A program made the translations under genes and the position numbers. The notes under the pieces are model-generated. The model searched no databases, had not been told where the DNA came from, and worked only from the letters and a program-made list of their open reading frames with translations. 64,000 nucleotides of DNA from Novakomyces olei (Eukaryota): assembly GCA_016906335.1 (NCBI GenBank), contig JADEYG010000003.1, forward strand, positions 868,001 to 932,000, given 5' to 3'. Shown here in pieces: positions 15,066 to 26,500 of this stretch. How positions within the stretch are numbered: position 1 is the stretch's first letter; every line of letters begins with the position of its first letter.

Positions 15066-16613
15066 GTTCGACTTGGAAGCTTTCAACCCAGATTTTGCAA
15101 TGGAAGTTTTTACAGCCAGCCTTATATATACAGAGGCTGATCGAAGCAAAGGCGTGTGCGCAAAAGTAATTACTATTTTATGCTTTAATTTTGATAATGC
15201 CCTAACCCTGGGTTTTGCTGGCAGATACTGCGTCTGTCATGTTTGTTCAGAGCGTTCGTAGTAATATTTGAAATTTGCTCTAAATCTCATATGTAACTCG
15301 CTACGGCGATTAAATAGGTCTTAAGGCTGAAGAGAATTCACCCTGCTGTTCTTGGCAGCGCTCAGAGATTCCGACTGGATGGATTCTCCGGGTATAAGCT
15401 ATGTAAACTCAGAAACAAGACTCGTCTTGGAATTGGAATAAACATTCTGGTTCAGCCATGGAATGCATTCGTGAAACGATCTTTTTGAACTGTGGAATTT
15501 ATGTGAACTGTTCCGTTTCGGGATAGACATTATATATATACATAGTTGTGATAAAGGTGAAGACGCTCAAGCATCTCGCGAGACTATATGCTTCAGAATC
15601 GCCGAGATCTGAAAATTGCTAATGCAATATCTTTTGAGGCACCAAGTATTGTACACAGTCTTCACTTTTGTATCACAAGTATTAAACCATCTACTGGTGC
15701 CTAGTAGAATAAAATGATTTAATGTTTTTATATGGTTTGGAAATCAAACTATCGGATCACTCGCAGTAAATAAATAAATGTCTATTATATGCTTTATACT
15801 CTATTACTTTGGCATTCAAATTTGGATCAGAGGTATTTTCTATACGAACGCGTTCATGGTCATACAATGTGGTAATTGTCGTTATTTTCACTGGCAGTCC
15901 ACGAACGTTCGCGCCAATGCTTACAAAAGTAATGCATTTCCACGGTGATACTAAGTTATCAGGGCGTCGGTTGGGATACGACCGCAATAGAACCTGGTGA
16001 ATGTTACGCAATAATCATTCTGCACAGCACAAGACCAAAATGGCTCCAACGTAGGCGCGGGTGGCTGGTTAAAGACTGTAGGTATCCAGCTGTACGGAAA
16101 AGAACGAAAATAGAAAGCAATACAAGAGGAGGCTGCCATTAATCGTTTCATGTAGAGGCTGAGAGGAAATATAAACAGCTATCATATCCGGTTACTTGCC
16201 TCTCTTAATACGCCAAGTGTAGATACGCGAAGATCATTGCCATGGCATCAGGAAACCATTCAATTTTAAAATACGTAAGAGGGTGTGGCTGTCACAAAGG
16301 CCTGGCCCAGTCAGGGAGCAGTTTTGATCAGCAAGGCGAGAGAGCACTAGTTTATACTTAATTGCAGTTTTAATTCAGGGAAATTGCCAAGCTATACATT
16401 CCCTGTAGAGAAACGAGTTTGCAATTTATCCAGAACAGGCTTGTAGATGTTTCATGCAGCAGCAATACGAATTAGAACTTGGAATAGCAGAGAAGGATCA
16501 AGAAACTCTAATTGGCCATGGTGATGTAATGTAAATAGCATGTAGAGCATAGAGCACAAATCGCAGCAATAAAACCAGCCATTCCGGGTGCCAAGGTAAT
16601 ACTTTAATTGCTG

Positions 16614-17304
16614 ACGCGTACGCGTCAAGCACACTGGCAAGCAATATTGTAAGCGACGCAAGTCGACTAGTAAAATTACACCCACCGCTAACGGCCCTCG
16701 GCCGTTCATCCAACGTCGAATTAGTAAGCCGTTTTCATTTCGGTGCACTACGATATAAACGAATGGCAATTTTCACCAAACTGCTTACGACGAGAGATCG
16801 CACAGCACTAGCGGCAATAAACCGGCACGCGTATTCATTACATAGACATTCACACTATATACACTCACACCCCATATACACTGTGATTGTAATGTAATGT
16901 AATTTTAAAAATGCGTGACCAAAATATACGGGGTTGTATCATTTTTAAATTAGGTAGCCACCGCAGCCTATAAGATTCGCGGTGGCTGGACGTGATTTTC
17001 CAAATTTACGTGGTTACTTACGAGTCAGGGCCAAGTGCGTGCACACATGGTGCCTGAAATCGAGAGCGAGGTCTGACGTGTCCTAATCGGGGAATCACAA
17101 CCGCGCGATGCAACGGTTACCTGGCGGCGCAACCGTTACCCAACGGGCGCACCGTGCCAGGCTCAATTTGCAGCATAAGCATACCGGCCCAAGGGCTGTG
17201 CTTGGTTCCATACAATATATTCATATTGATTAGTATACTCGTCGGGCTGCTTTGCGGACAGTGCATATGCCCGCTCGAGTATCCATTCACGCGTCGACAC
17301 GCGT
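16614..17304. promoter_or_regulatory. Cluster of five perfect MCB-type (ACGCGT) elements upstream of the first PIR gene
   Basis: ACGCGT at 16614, 16620, 16827, 17289 and 17299. Confidence 0.5.
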
Positions 17305-17667
17305 GGCGATCCCTGCAGTATCGCGGCAACCGCTATATACTACCAAGCCTGTATACAATATATGTTCTATATATATCTCGATTTACATAATTTAATATAT
17401 TAATGGTGCACCCCTTTGTCTTACCCGATCGGGATTAATCCCCGCCAACGGTCAGACAGTAGTAACTGCTTCTATTTTCGTGGTTGCTGGGGCAGGCGTG
17501 CTGAACGCGGCATCCCCACGCCACAAAATATGAGGGCACATTATATAAGGAGACGAACGACCCCTGGTCGAGATCTTCTATCCCTGCGCATTCTTAATTC
17601 TCCCCCTTTGGCGTATCACCTGTGGCGGGAAGTAAACTGAGGAACAGAGATCTTACACTTTGACGAC

Positions 17668-18906
17668 ATGCTACCCGTAAAATCCCTACTTGCTCTGGCC
17701 GCCGTGCTGGCTGGCGCGGATGCCGCTGCTGTGACCACGCGTGTGGCCTCTGGCCATGTCGGCCAGTGCTACAGCAGCTTTCCCTCTTCTTTTGGGATTG
17801 TGATTGCAGAGATTGCCAACTCGACTTCTGCTCCTGCCACTGCAGCTAGCGCTACCGCTGCTCCGTCTGGAACAGTAATTGGCCAAATCACGGACGGTCA
17901 AATACAAGCTGCTTCCACTGGAATGGCTGCTCTTTCTTCAGCTGCTCCCAGCACTGCCGGAGCAGTCACACAAATCACAGACGGCCAAGTCCAGGCGCCG
18001 ACTGGCCAACCTTCTCCAGCACCTCCTACTGCCACTAGTGCTCAGGGAGCAGTCACTCAAATCGGTGACGGTCAGATCCAAGCGCCAACTGGCTCTCCTT
18101 CTCCGGCCCCGGCTTCTTCCGCTCAGGGAGCAGTCACTCAAATCGGTGACGGCCAAATCCAGGCTCCTACTGGCTCTCCTTCTCCGGCTCCAGCTTCTTC
18201 CGCTCAGGGAGCAGTAACTCAGATTGGCGACGGTCAGATCCAGGCGCCAACTGGCTCACCTTCTCCGGCTCCGGCTTCCTCTGCCGGAGGAGCAGTCACT
18301 CAGATCGGTGACGGCCAAATCCAGGCTCCTACTGGCTCTCCTTCTCCAGCCCCGGCTTCTTCCGCTGAGGGAGCAGTCACTCAGATCACTGACGGACAAG
18401 TACAGGCGCCTACTGGAAGCCCTGCTCCTTCCTCTGCTCAGGGTGCTGCCTCCCAGATCACTGATGGTCAGGTCCAGGCTCCTACTGGCACAGCTGCTCC
18501 TCAGGCATCCGGAGCTGCTTCTCAAGTCGGTGATGGTCAAGTACAGGCTCCCGCTTCTACTGCCGCTACTACCGTCACCAGCGGTGGGCACGAGTTTGAC
18601 CTTGCGTACGTGTGCTCTAGCAACTCGACGCTTACAATGACTCTGGAGAACGGAATCCTCAAGGATAACCGCGGACGCTTGGGCTACATTGCCTCCAACC
18701 GTCAATTCCAGTTTGACAACCCAGTCCAGGACAATGCCATTATTGCCAACGGCTTTGCTGCCTGCAGCAACGGTACATTAAGTCTTGGAAACAGCACTGT
18801 CTTCTGGTCTTGCAAGTCTGGCAGCTTCTCCAACTTGTACGACCGTTCTATCGGTGGACAGTGCACTCCAGTACAACTGCAAATGGTCAGCCTGCGATCC
18901 TGCTAA
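17668..18906 (+). CDS. PIR (protein with internal repeats) covalently linked cell-wall protein, 9 repeats
   Basis: Signal peptide; nine Q[IV][GT]DGQ[IV]QA repeats (core unit 27 aa / 81 bp); C-terminal Pir domain TLENGILKDNRGRLGYIASNRQFQFD...FWSCKSGSFSNLYDRSIGGQC, ending in Cys. Confidence 0.93.
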   Translation: MLPVKSLLALAAVLAGADAAAVTTRVASGHVGQCYSSFPSSFGIVIAEIANSTSAPATAASATAAPSGTVIGQITDGQIQAASTGMAALSSAAPSTAGAVTQITDGQVQAPTGQPSPAPPTATSAQGAVTQIGDGQIQAPTGSPSPAPASSAQGAVTQIGDGQIQAPTGSPSPAPASSAQGAVTQIGDGQIQAPTGSPSPAPASSAGGAVTQIGDGQIQAPTGSPSPAPASSAEGAVTQITDGQVQAPTGSPAPSSAQGAASQITDGQVQAPTGTAAPQASGAASQVGDGQVQAPASTAATTVTSGGHEFDLAYVCSSNSTLTMTLENGILKDNRGRLGYIASNRQFQFDNPVQDNAIIANGFAACSNGTLSLGNSTVFWSCKSGSFSNLYDRSIGGQCTPVQLQMVSLRSC

Positions 18907-20332
18907 GCGTAGAAGACGTAATGCACTCTGCAAAGGCTATGGTTCTTGAATTTTGTTTACCAAAATATTCTGTACTTTTGAATCATTCTTGCCCCGATCT
19001 GGTGAGATGATGTTCTATTCTAAATATTTTCTACATATTTTCTTATTTAAACAAACCGCCAACTCTAGTTGCAACAAAGTCGTCACGGCGACATTGTTGT
19101 ATTCTTGCAGTGGTGTGCTGCAAAAGCATAGCTCAGCCGGTTTAATTTTGGCGGCTGAAGCCTTTTTCTTGCATTTTATATTTTATTCTATTTTATTTGA
19201 TGACGAAACTTCATAGTGTATATTTACATAGTATAATTAAATTTTATGAATATAGCTGTGGCTTTATAGATGTCGGAAGGGTTACATTACAAGTTGAACA
19301 GAAAAATATATATGTATCTAGAGATAAATTATAGATAAATAAATATATTAGAGATAAATATGTAGGACGTTGCTATCGCCAATTGTTCTGCAATTATGTC
19401 AGCAACTATTAATCCGCGCCTACTTGAACTAATAGTTATGAGCAATAATGTGCAGTTTCAGGCTCCAGTGAGTCGCAACTTTGGCCGACCGATCTATTAA
19501 GCAAACAGCTTCCATAAAAATGGACTCTACCGCTTTGTCGGCATTAATTGCTGTTAATTTGCCGCAGTGAATTTAAATAGATGACTGAACCCAAACTTTT
19601 GTTTTCTCACCGAACGATGACAGCAGAGCCGCAAAGGACTCTTGGACGCATTAATCACTACAGCAATCTTACACAGGTAAATGTACTACAAAAAATAATA
19701 AAATCAAAAATCATAAGCTGACAACTAAAGAGCAGAAAAACAAAATTTGGGGCATTAAAACCCGAGGCATTCTTGGCCCTGGCAAACAATATTTGAGCAA
19801 ATATATAACATTCGTATTCGCGATTGGTCACGGGCAGCAAAGAGTCTGGTCCCTGCCTTATAAACGTAATGAACCTTTTCAGCAATCGCTATTGGCAGTC
19901 ATGTGGTCGTCGCGTCACATGATGGCGCCGCTTCAAATGAAAATAAGTACCTCAATTTATAAGGGAGCGTAAGAACAGTCGTGAGGACAATTGTGCGCCC
20001 TTTTTCCTATTTAACGGAGCGGGAATTCAACACTCCAACTTAAATTCCTCAGCAACCAATCCTCTCTCCACTGCTTGCTCAAACCTCCAACCTAGGGACA
20101 ATCGCTTTGAAGAAGGCACCGGTTCCTTTAGGTACAGGATAAACGAAACAAAGACGAAAGCCGGTATTCAACGATCACCAAGCTAAACAAAAAGGGCTCA
20201 AATTTTCAAAATCGTCTGGGACTTGAACGTCTTTTACGCTCTACCTCCAGACTTATCTCCCTCAAGCAATTTAGATAAAGCAACACGAATCGAAGTCAGC
20301 TTGGAGATACAAATATCCCTACCAGACTCGAG

Positions 20333-21814
20333 ATGCTGAAGCTCTTACTCGCTTCTGCCCTGGCATTTACTGCTGCCCATGGCCTCGTTGTACCTTCGCG
20401 GCTGAACGCTAAAGGTGAGGTACCTGGCTGTGCGGACCATTACGATATGGCCTTTGGCATTGCTGTGATTCCTGCTCATCTCAGTGGCAAAGACGATTAC
20501 AAAAAGAGTTCATTGATTACACCAGAAATGGCAGCAGAAATGAACAAAAACAGGACCGATAACGATGCCGACGCGAAATATGGTGATAATGACATATCTA
20601 ATGATGATGATGATGATGATGATGGCAACTCTCTGTCTAGCGCAGACCGCTCAAGTGCAATTTTGGCGGGAATGCATAGTTTTCGCCGTGCAATTGTGGC
20701 TAAGGGCCCCGCTGTTGACAAGAGCCACTCTCATTATCGTCGTGAAGTGGCTGCACAGATCCCCGATGGCCAGATCCAATTGCAGCAAGGTTTCAATGGC
20801 AAACTAGCCGCCTCACAGATTGCTGATGGCCAGGTCCAGATTCTCAAGGGCAAGGGCAAATCGCCGGAAGTCGAAGAGTCTGATGATGAAACTACACCAA
20901 AGCCAAAAACGATTATAATGGCATCGCCTAGTAAAGCCCAACCTCCATCAGCCAAGCAGGTCCTGGCAGAAGTGCCCAAGAACCAGATTCCCAAGGCAAA
21001 GCTCATTGTTATGCCTTCGAAGAAATTGAAGGGCGGTCCTGGAACTGGGGACAGTCGTAAATCTGGGGCCAGTCCTGAGGAGTCCAGTCCCAATACAAAG
21101 CCTGACATCATCATTCTTAAGCCTGTTCCGTCCAAGAATGGCCCGGTTAATCAGATCGCCGACGGCCAGATTATCGTCCCTCTCCAGCCGGGCCCCGTTA
21201 AAACCGGACAACAGCTGAACGAGAAACCAATTGGCGAAATTGCCGACGGTCAGCCTCAAGCGCCCCGTCGACGCCTTTTGCATCGTCGAGCAATTTCATC
21301 TTTGATGCGCCGTGCATTCGCCCCCCATGGTGGAGCGCCGGATGTTCCTTCGGACCCCCAATCGCCAATGGAGAAGACGGCAGAGCATGCCTTTTCCGAC
21401 AAGCTGGGCAGTGTTTTTACGTCCGGTCAGATCGATGCTGATGTGAGGGAATATGAGGCACAAGACTCTGGGAAAGCAATGAACCTGGCCTATGTTTGTG
21501 CTAGCAAACTGGCAGATTCTACTGTGCCTTATATGAGTTTGAATTACGGGAACCTTATGGATTCACGTGGCCGTTATGCTTATATTGGCAAGTCGCGCAA
21601 GCTCACGTTTGCCAACCCGGTGCATCACGATGCAGTGGTGACGTCTGGATTCTCTGTCTGCTCAAACAGTACGATCGGACTCGGTGGGAGTACGATTTTC
21701 TATTCCTGCGTGGGAGTTGGAGATAAGCGTGAGGAAAGCGGAGTTTACGACCGGCCTGTAGACGGGTACTGCCATCCAGTGCACCTTGAGATGGTGTCTA
21801 TTACGGATTGCTAG
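20333..21814 (+). CDS. Divergent PIR-family cell-wall protein with 4 degenerate repeats
   Basis: Signal peptide; QIPDGQIQ, QIADGQVQ, QIADGQII, EIADGQPQ; C-terminal domain LAYVC...LMDSRGRYAYIG...FSVCSN...FYSC...YDRPVDGYCHPVHLEMVSITDC is colinear with the upstream PIR. Confidence 0.88.
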   Translation: MLKLLLASALAFTAAHGLVVPSRLNAKGEVPGCADHYDMAFGIAVIPAHLSGKDDYKKSSLITPEMAAEMNKNRTDNDADAKYGDNDISNDDDDDDDGNSLSSADRSSAILAGMHSFRRAIVAKGPAVDKSHSHYRREVAAQIPDGQIQLQQGFNGKLAASQIADGQVQILKGKGKSPEVEESDDETTPKPKTIIMASPSKAQPPSAKQVLAEVPKNQIPKAKLIVMPSKKLKGGPGTGDSRKSGASPEESSPNTKPDIIILKPVPSKNGPVNQIADGQIIVPLQPGPVKTGQQLNEKPIGEIADGQPQAPRRRLLHRRAISSLMRRAFAPHGGAPDVPSDPQSPMEKTAEHAFSDKLGSVFTSGQIDADVREYEAQDSGKAMNLAYVCASKLADSTVPYMSLNYGNLMDSRGRYAYIGKSRKLTFANPVHHDAVVTSGFSVCSNSTIGLGGSTIFYSCVGVGDKREESGVYDRPVDGYCHPVHLEMVSITDC

Positions 21815-22849
21815 TTCTATTTATTATTCATTTATTCAAACAAATACAACAAATGTATATACTTCAAAGCCGGTTGGCACGGTCAGTCTTGTGCACGTCC
21901 GCAGCCAGGTTTCACGCGTTATTGGTTACTTTTATTATTGAAATTATGTTTATTCCTTGTTTCTGGGGTCGGTTGGTTCGTTTCGTTTAGCAATAATGGT
22001 TGATAGTAAATTTAGCACTAAATATTCATTGATAAAGCTTATACCTATGGCACAGCAAAGTTTCAGTGTAACCGCCCACTACCCCCGCCCCACACTAAAT
22101 TCGCGAAAAAACGCCCGCCGCTGATGAATCGATAGTCAATTGCGTAGACGATGAGATAATCAAAAGAGGCAAAAGACGAGTTTTCCCCACACACACGATG
22201 ACGGAGGTGTCTGGCCGGGTACGCCGCTTTCATCCAGTGGGGTTACACCCGTGTATTCTAGAATAGTACCAATTGAGCCGCATATTAGCCCACAGTACTG
22301 CAGACTAGTTAACTTATTACAGATTTAATGGAATAAATAGTGTTTCGCCGTACGTAGGCTACAGGCACAGAAAAATGGAGGAGGGGTAACCTGCGCTTGC
22401 GCTACATTTGCCGAGATCTAGTGGAGGGGTAACATGCATCGAGGCAAAATCTTTAATGCTCTTTAAGGTACAGCAATCTACACAGCCGCGTCTTGTGCAA
22501 CCAAGTGTCGGCCGTCTATGTACGCGTGAGCCAACGCAGAGTATTGCAAGTATATCCACTCTTGCTGCAACATGTTTGTATACAAAACTACCCTTAAGTA
22601 CCGTCAGACGTTAAAGTAAGAAACACGGGTAAGAAACTTGGGTGTTTACGAGTACAATGTACGAGCGGGCACGAGACGGGTCGCACGCAACAGATATCTG
22701 AATCGGGTGCGGCGGCATCCTCGCACTTTTATGTAACCTTGCACAGCTAGTTACAAGTATAAAAGTATTATTTACGTGTAAAAAGCAACATTTACGTGTA
22801 TAATGGTCATTTGCGTGTGTATAAAGTAACATTTTCATGTATAAAAGTT

Positions 22850-22953
22850 TACGGCTACGTGTACGGCTACGTGTACGAGTATGGAACAGTACATTATAGT
22901 CCTATTACAGTCCTATTACAGTCCTATTATAGTCCTATTGTAGTCCTATTACA
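22850..22953. repeat. Short minisatellites: TACGGCTACGTG-like x2-3 and AGTCCTATTAC-like 11-mer x5
   Basis: Directly visible tandem copies. Confidence 0.8.
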
Positions 22954-23340
22954 TACTATTATAGTCTTGTATACTCCATTCATTGCAGTAACATTGCACT
23001 TTAATCGGCATCGCCACGCGGGCAAAGTAACGTTGCCGTACAGCATACGAATAAATAGTAATAAAAGACACGCACGTAATAATCTACATTACTCTGCCGC
23101 TCAAACATGTAATAGGCTCTGTGCAGCACACACCACCCAATCACATTTCGTACATTGAAATCTCATGCGTCTGCAAGAAATTTATGTCATAAAATTTGGT
23201 CGGACGTTGTAGCACCTCGAGTGGTATTGGACGGTTACTGTTTGGTTAGTATTATCGACCGCGGCTGCCGGAGCGGTGATTAATTGGCATACACATTCTC
23301 GTTTTCTCTCACGGCTGTGGAACCGACACTGATCCTCGGC

Positions 23341-23455
23341 AGTCTTGACTAGTTTGATCAGTGACTAGTTTGATCAGTCTTGACAAGTCTTTGACAAGTC
23401 TTTGACAAGTCTTTGATCAGTCTTGACAAGTCTCGACAAGTCTTTGATTAATCTC
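23341..23455. repeat. Degenerate 10-11-mer minisatellite (TTGACAAGTCT / TTGATCAGTCT) just upstream of AIM21
   Basis: About 10 degenerate tandem copies. Confidence 0.8.
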
Positions 23456-23582
23456 GAGGACTAATCCTTGTCTGAAAGCTTTGACTTATCGATCCTCACT
23501 TACCCCTATCATCCAGCTCTGTCCTGGTCAAACTGACCATCGATATACGACAGACAGCCGATACATCTGGCGAGACAGAGAA

Positions 23583-26500
23583 ATGACGGGCACAGGCACT
23601 ACGGCGGACGACCGTCCACACATCCCCAAAGTCCCACAGCGGCCGCACATTCCTGCGCTTGACGGAGACCAGCCACGGGAGATCTCGTCGCCTAAAGTCT
23701 CGCGTCCGCTCGCCTCGAGATCCGCGTTTACTACGGCCGCGCCCGGCCCAATGTTCAGGGTGGGCGCCTCTGCCAACAACAGCAGCTCGAGTCTAAGTAA
23801 CCTTGCTGCCGGCGATGACTCGGCTGACTCGGCCGAGTCTAAGGCTCAAACGGCAACGGCCATTGGCCGTAGCGACAGCCCAACAACTCGGTCGCTTATC
23901 GACAACGCGAGCCTGGCACACGCTCGATGGCTGCTGGACAATATGCAGCAGCAGCAGCAGCAGCAATTGGCCGCCGCGAGACGCTCAGTATCGCCAGAGC
24001 TGCAGAGACCTGCACGTGATCCTCTGCGCCGCTCGCTCGGGAGCCATTTGGCACTCGATCATGCGAATATTCCGGACACTGTGCCGTTTGACGAGTCTGA
24101 GTTTCATCGCGACACGACAACACCGACTCTGTACGACGACGCGCACATTGACGCAGATGGAGAACGGCATTTTCACTCTGCAGGGCACTATTTTGCCTCT
24201 GCCGGAGAGGGCAGTGGCACTGCCCAAAGCTCTGGCAATTCCGTAAACTCTGGCAGTGGCTTAAACTCTGGCAGTGGCCTGCAAAAGTCTCCACTCGGCC
24301 GCAGCCGATCACAGCCGCCTCGCGAAGTCAGAGTGCCGCTCGATTCGAGGTCGGGAGCAGTTCCCCTTGTGCCTGCGGAGAGAGAGTCCGGGATCCCCTT
24401 TGACAGGCGGCAGTATGTAAACTCTGTAAGCTCTCCGCTGCCTCGTAACGCGACCCCGCAAGACTTGTACGACAAGGACCAGCCAAGGGACGATTTAAAC
24501 ACGGGCAGCGGCATTGGTATTAGCAATAGCAATAGCAATAGCAATAGCAATAGCAACAACAAAACTGGCAGCGGTAGTGCCACTGACAAGAGTAGTGGAA
24601 GGGCGCCAGGCAGTAGAGGAGCTCCGCCCGAGTGGTGGGCAGAGCCGACGCTGGAGATTATTGACGGAGTGGCTAAAGGCCGATGGAGGGAGCGGACGGT
24701 GCCGAGTTCGCATATGGGCAATCCTGCAGAGTACAGGCCGACGGGCAACCATGGCGACTTTGCCGGCCTTACGGGTCTTACTATAGGAGACCAGAGACCA
24801 GTGCCACACTATAGCGAGCAGATTGGGGGCAATGAAGAGCTGAGGCCGAAAGGAGTGCTGATTACTCGTGACGGAGAGGGAACTGCCGGTCTCACTTTTG
24901 ACGATGCTTCTGCGCCTTTGAGAACGATTGAAAAGGCAAACTTGCTGCCGCAGATGCAGCCGCTGACTCGGCGGCAGTCTCAGCTGGCGCAGATGCATGT
25001 GGAACAGGATTTACGTAGATTAAAGGACCTGAAAGCAGCAATGATGCGGCGTGAAGGGTTGGGCGGAGACCTGCCTCATTCAGCGTGGAAGGATATGTCG
25101 TCAGTGGCAGTTGAGGATGAGAGAGATTTGGCCTTGATGGAGCACCACGCTGCCTCCTTTGACCAGCTGGACCAGCTTGCTCGTGAGAGGGAGGCTGAAC
25201 TGCTGCGCCAGCTCGGCAGTTCTGGCAGAGGCCAAGCTGGGCTGCCGTTTGATGTAGTCCGTAACCCTAGAGGCAGCAGCAGACTGGACGAGGGGGACGC
25301 AGCAATAACCCCAGAGCAAAATGCTCTTGATATCGAGTCCTCAGAGCTGGCAAAGCAGCACAGGGAAATGGCAGCTAGAGGCCAAGTGCCAGAGCCACAG
25401 GCCGAGTTCAAGCCTCCTCTGGATAAGAACGTGCTTGACCAGTTACTGCTGGCTGGCGATGTGGATGTGCCTTCGCCTACTGTCGCCCATGACGCTCGTG
25501 ACCGTAAAGTCGTCTTTACACCAGACAGCCTGGCTTCTGCCAGCCAAAAGTCTCGTGCGGCAACGACGGGGTTAGAGAGCGCTAGTCCCGTGGCTGCAGG
25601 AGCGTACAAGCCTCCTACCAGTGCAGAGGTCAGCAGTAAACTCGACGAGTCTGCTCGAGGCCAGGCCGATAGTTTAAAGGCAGTAGGCGACAGAGGTGGC
25701 AGGGAGTCTAAGCAGGAAGCTAAGCAGGAGTCTAAACAAGAGTCTAAACAAGAGTCTAAACAAGAGTCTAAACAAGAGTCTAGACAAGAGTCTGAGCAGG
25801 AGGCGGTTGCTAAACCGGCCGAGCACGAAGAGGCCAAATCTGCTACTGCAGAACCTTCCTCCTCTTCTCGCTCATCCGTTCCAAACAACAAGTTTTCGTC
25901 AATAAGAGCAGCTTTTGCCAAGAATTTGGAGTCAAAGTTCAAAGCGGGCATGACTGGTCCACCTCCGTCACTGTCTAAACCTAAACCGGCTCCGTCAGAG
26001 AGTATTAGCAGCACAAACACAGAGGCAGATTCCACCGCTGTTGCCGGACTGAGCGATGTTCGTAAAGGCCGAGCAAGAGGGCCTCACCGTCGAGCTCCTG
26101 CTGGTAATGCTGCTTCTGCTGCTGCTGCTGAAACGAGCCAGCATAAGGGGTTTGATAAGGCTACTTTAGGTGCCTCACCTGTAATTACTTTGGTGGCTTT
26201 TGAGAATGGATCTGTGGTTTCGCATGAGCCAGCAGCGCCCCATAATAACACGCACTCTAAACCCGTACAAGACCAGCGTCAGAGCCCAAGTCAGTCACAG
26301 CCAAGTCACTTGCCTGAGATTAGCCAGGAAAAGCCAGCAGAGACACTTGTAGCGGAAATAGACGCTGGCGAAATGGAGGAAACGGTCCCAGAGGCAGTCG
26401 CTTCCGCAGAAGTTCCTCAAGGCGTTGAAGCTGAAAAGTCCAAAATGGTACATGGAGGCAAGGCTAGTGAGGATGCAAGGACTCTTGTGTCGGAAGTTGA

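Noticed and set aside
15757-16769. Several short ORFs (60-105 aa) between TVP18 and the first PIR gene
   Set aside because: No recognisable motifs or coherent splice model; more likely regulatory DNA.
18040-18420. 81-bp tandem repeats as a possible CRISPR-like array
   Set aside because: In-frame PIR coding repeats with mostly synonymous variation, no unique spacers, and a eukaryotic context.
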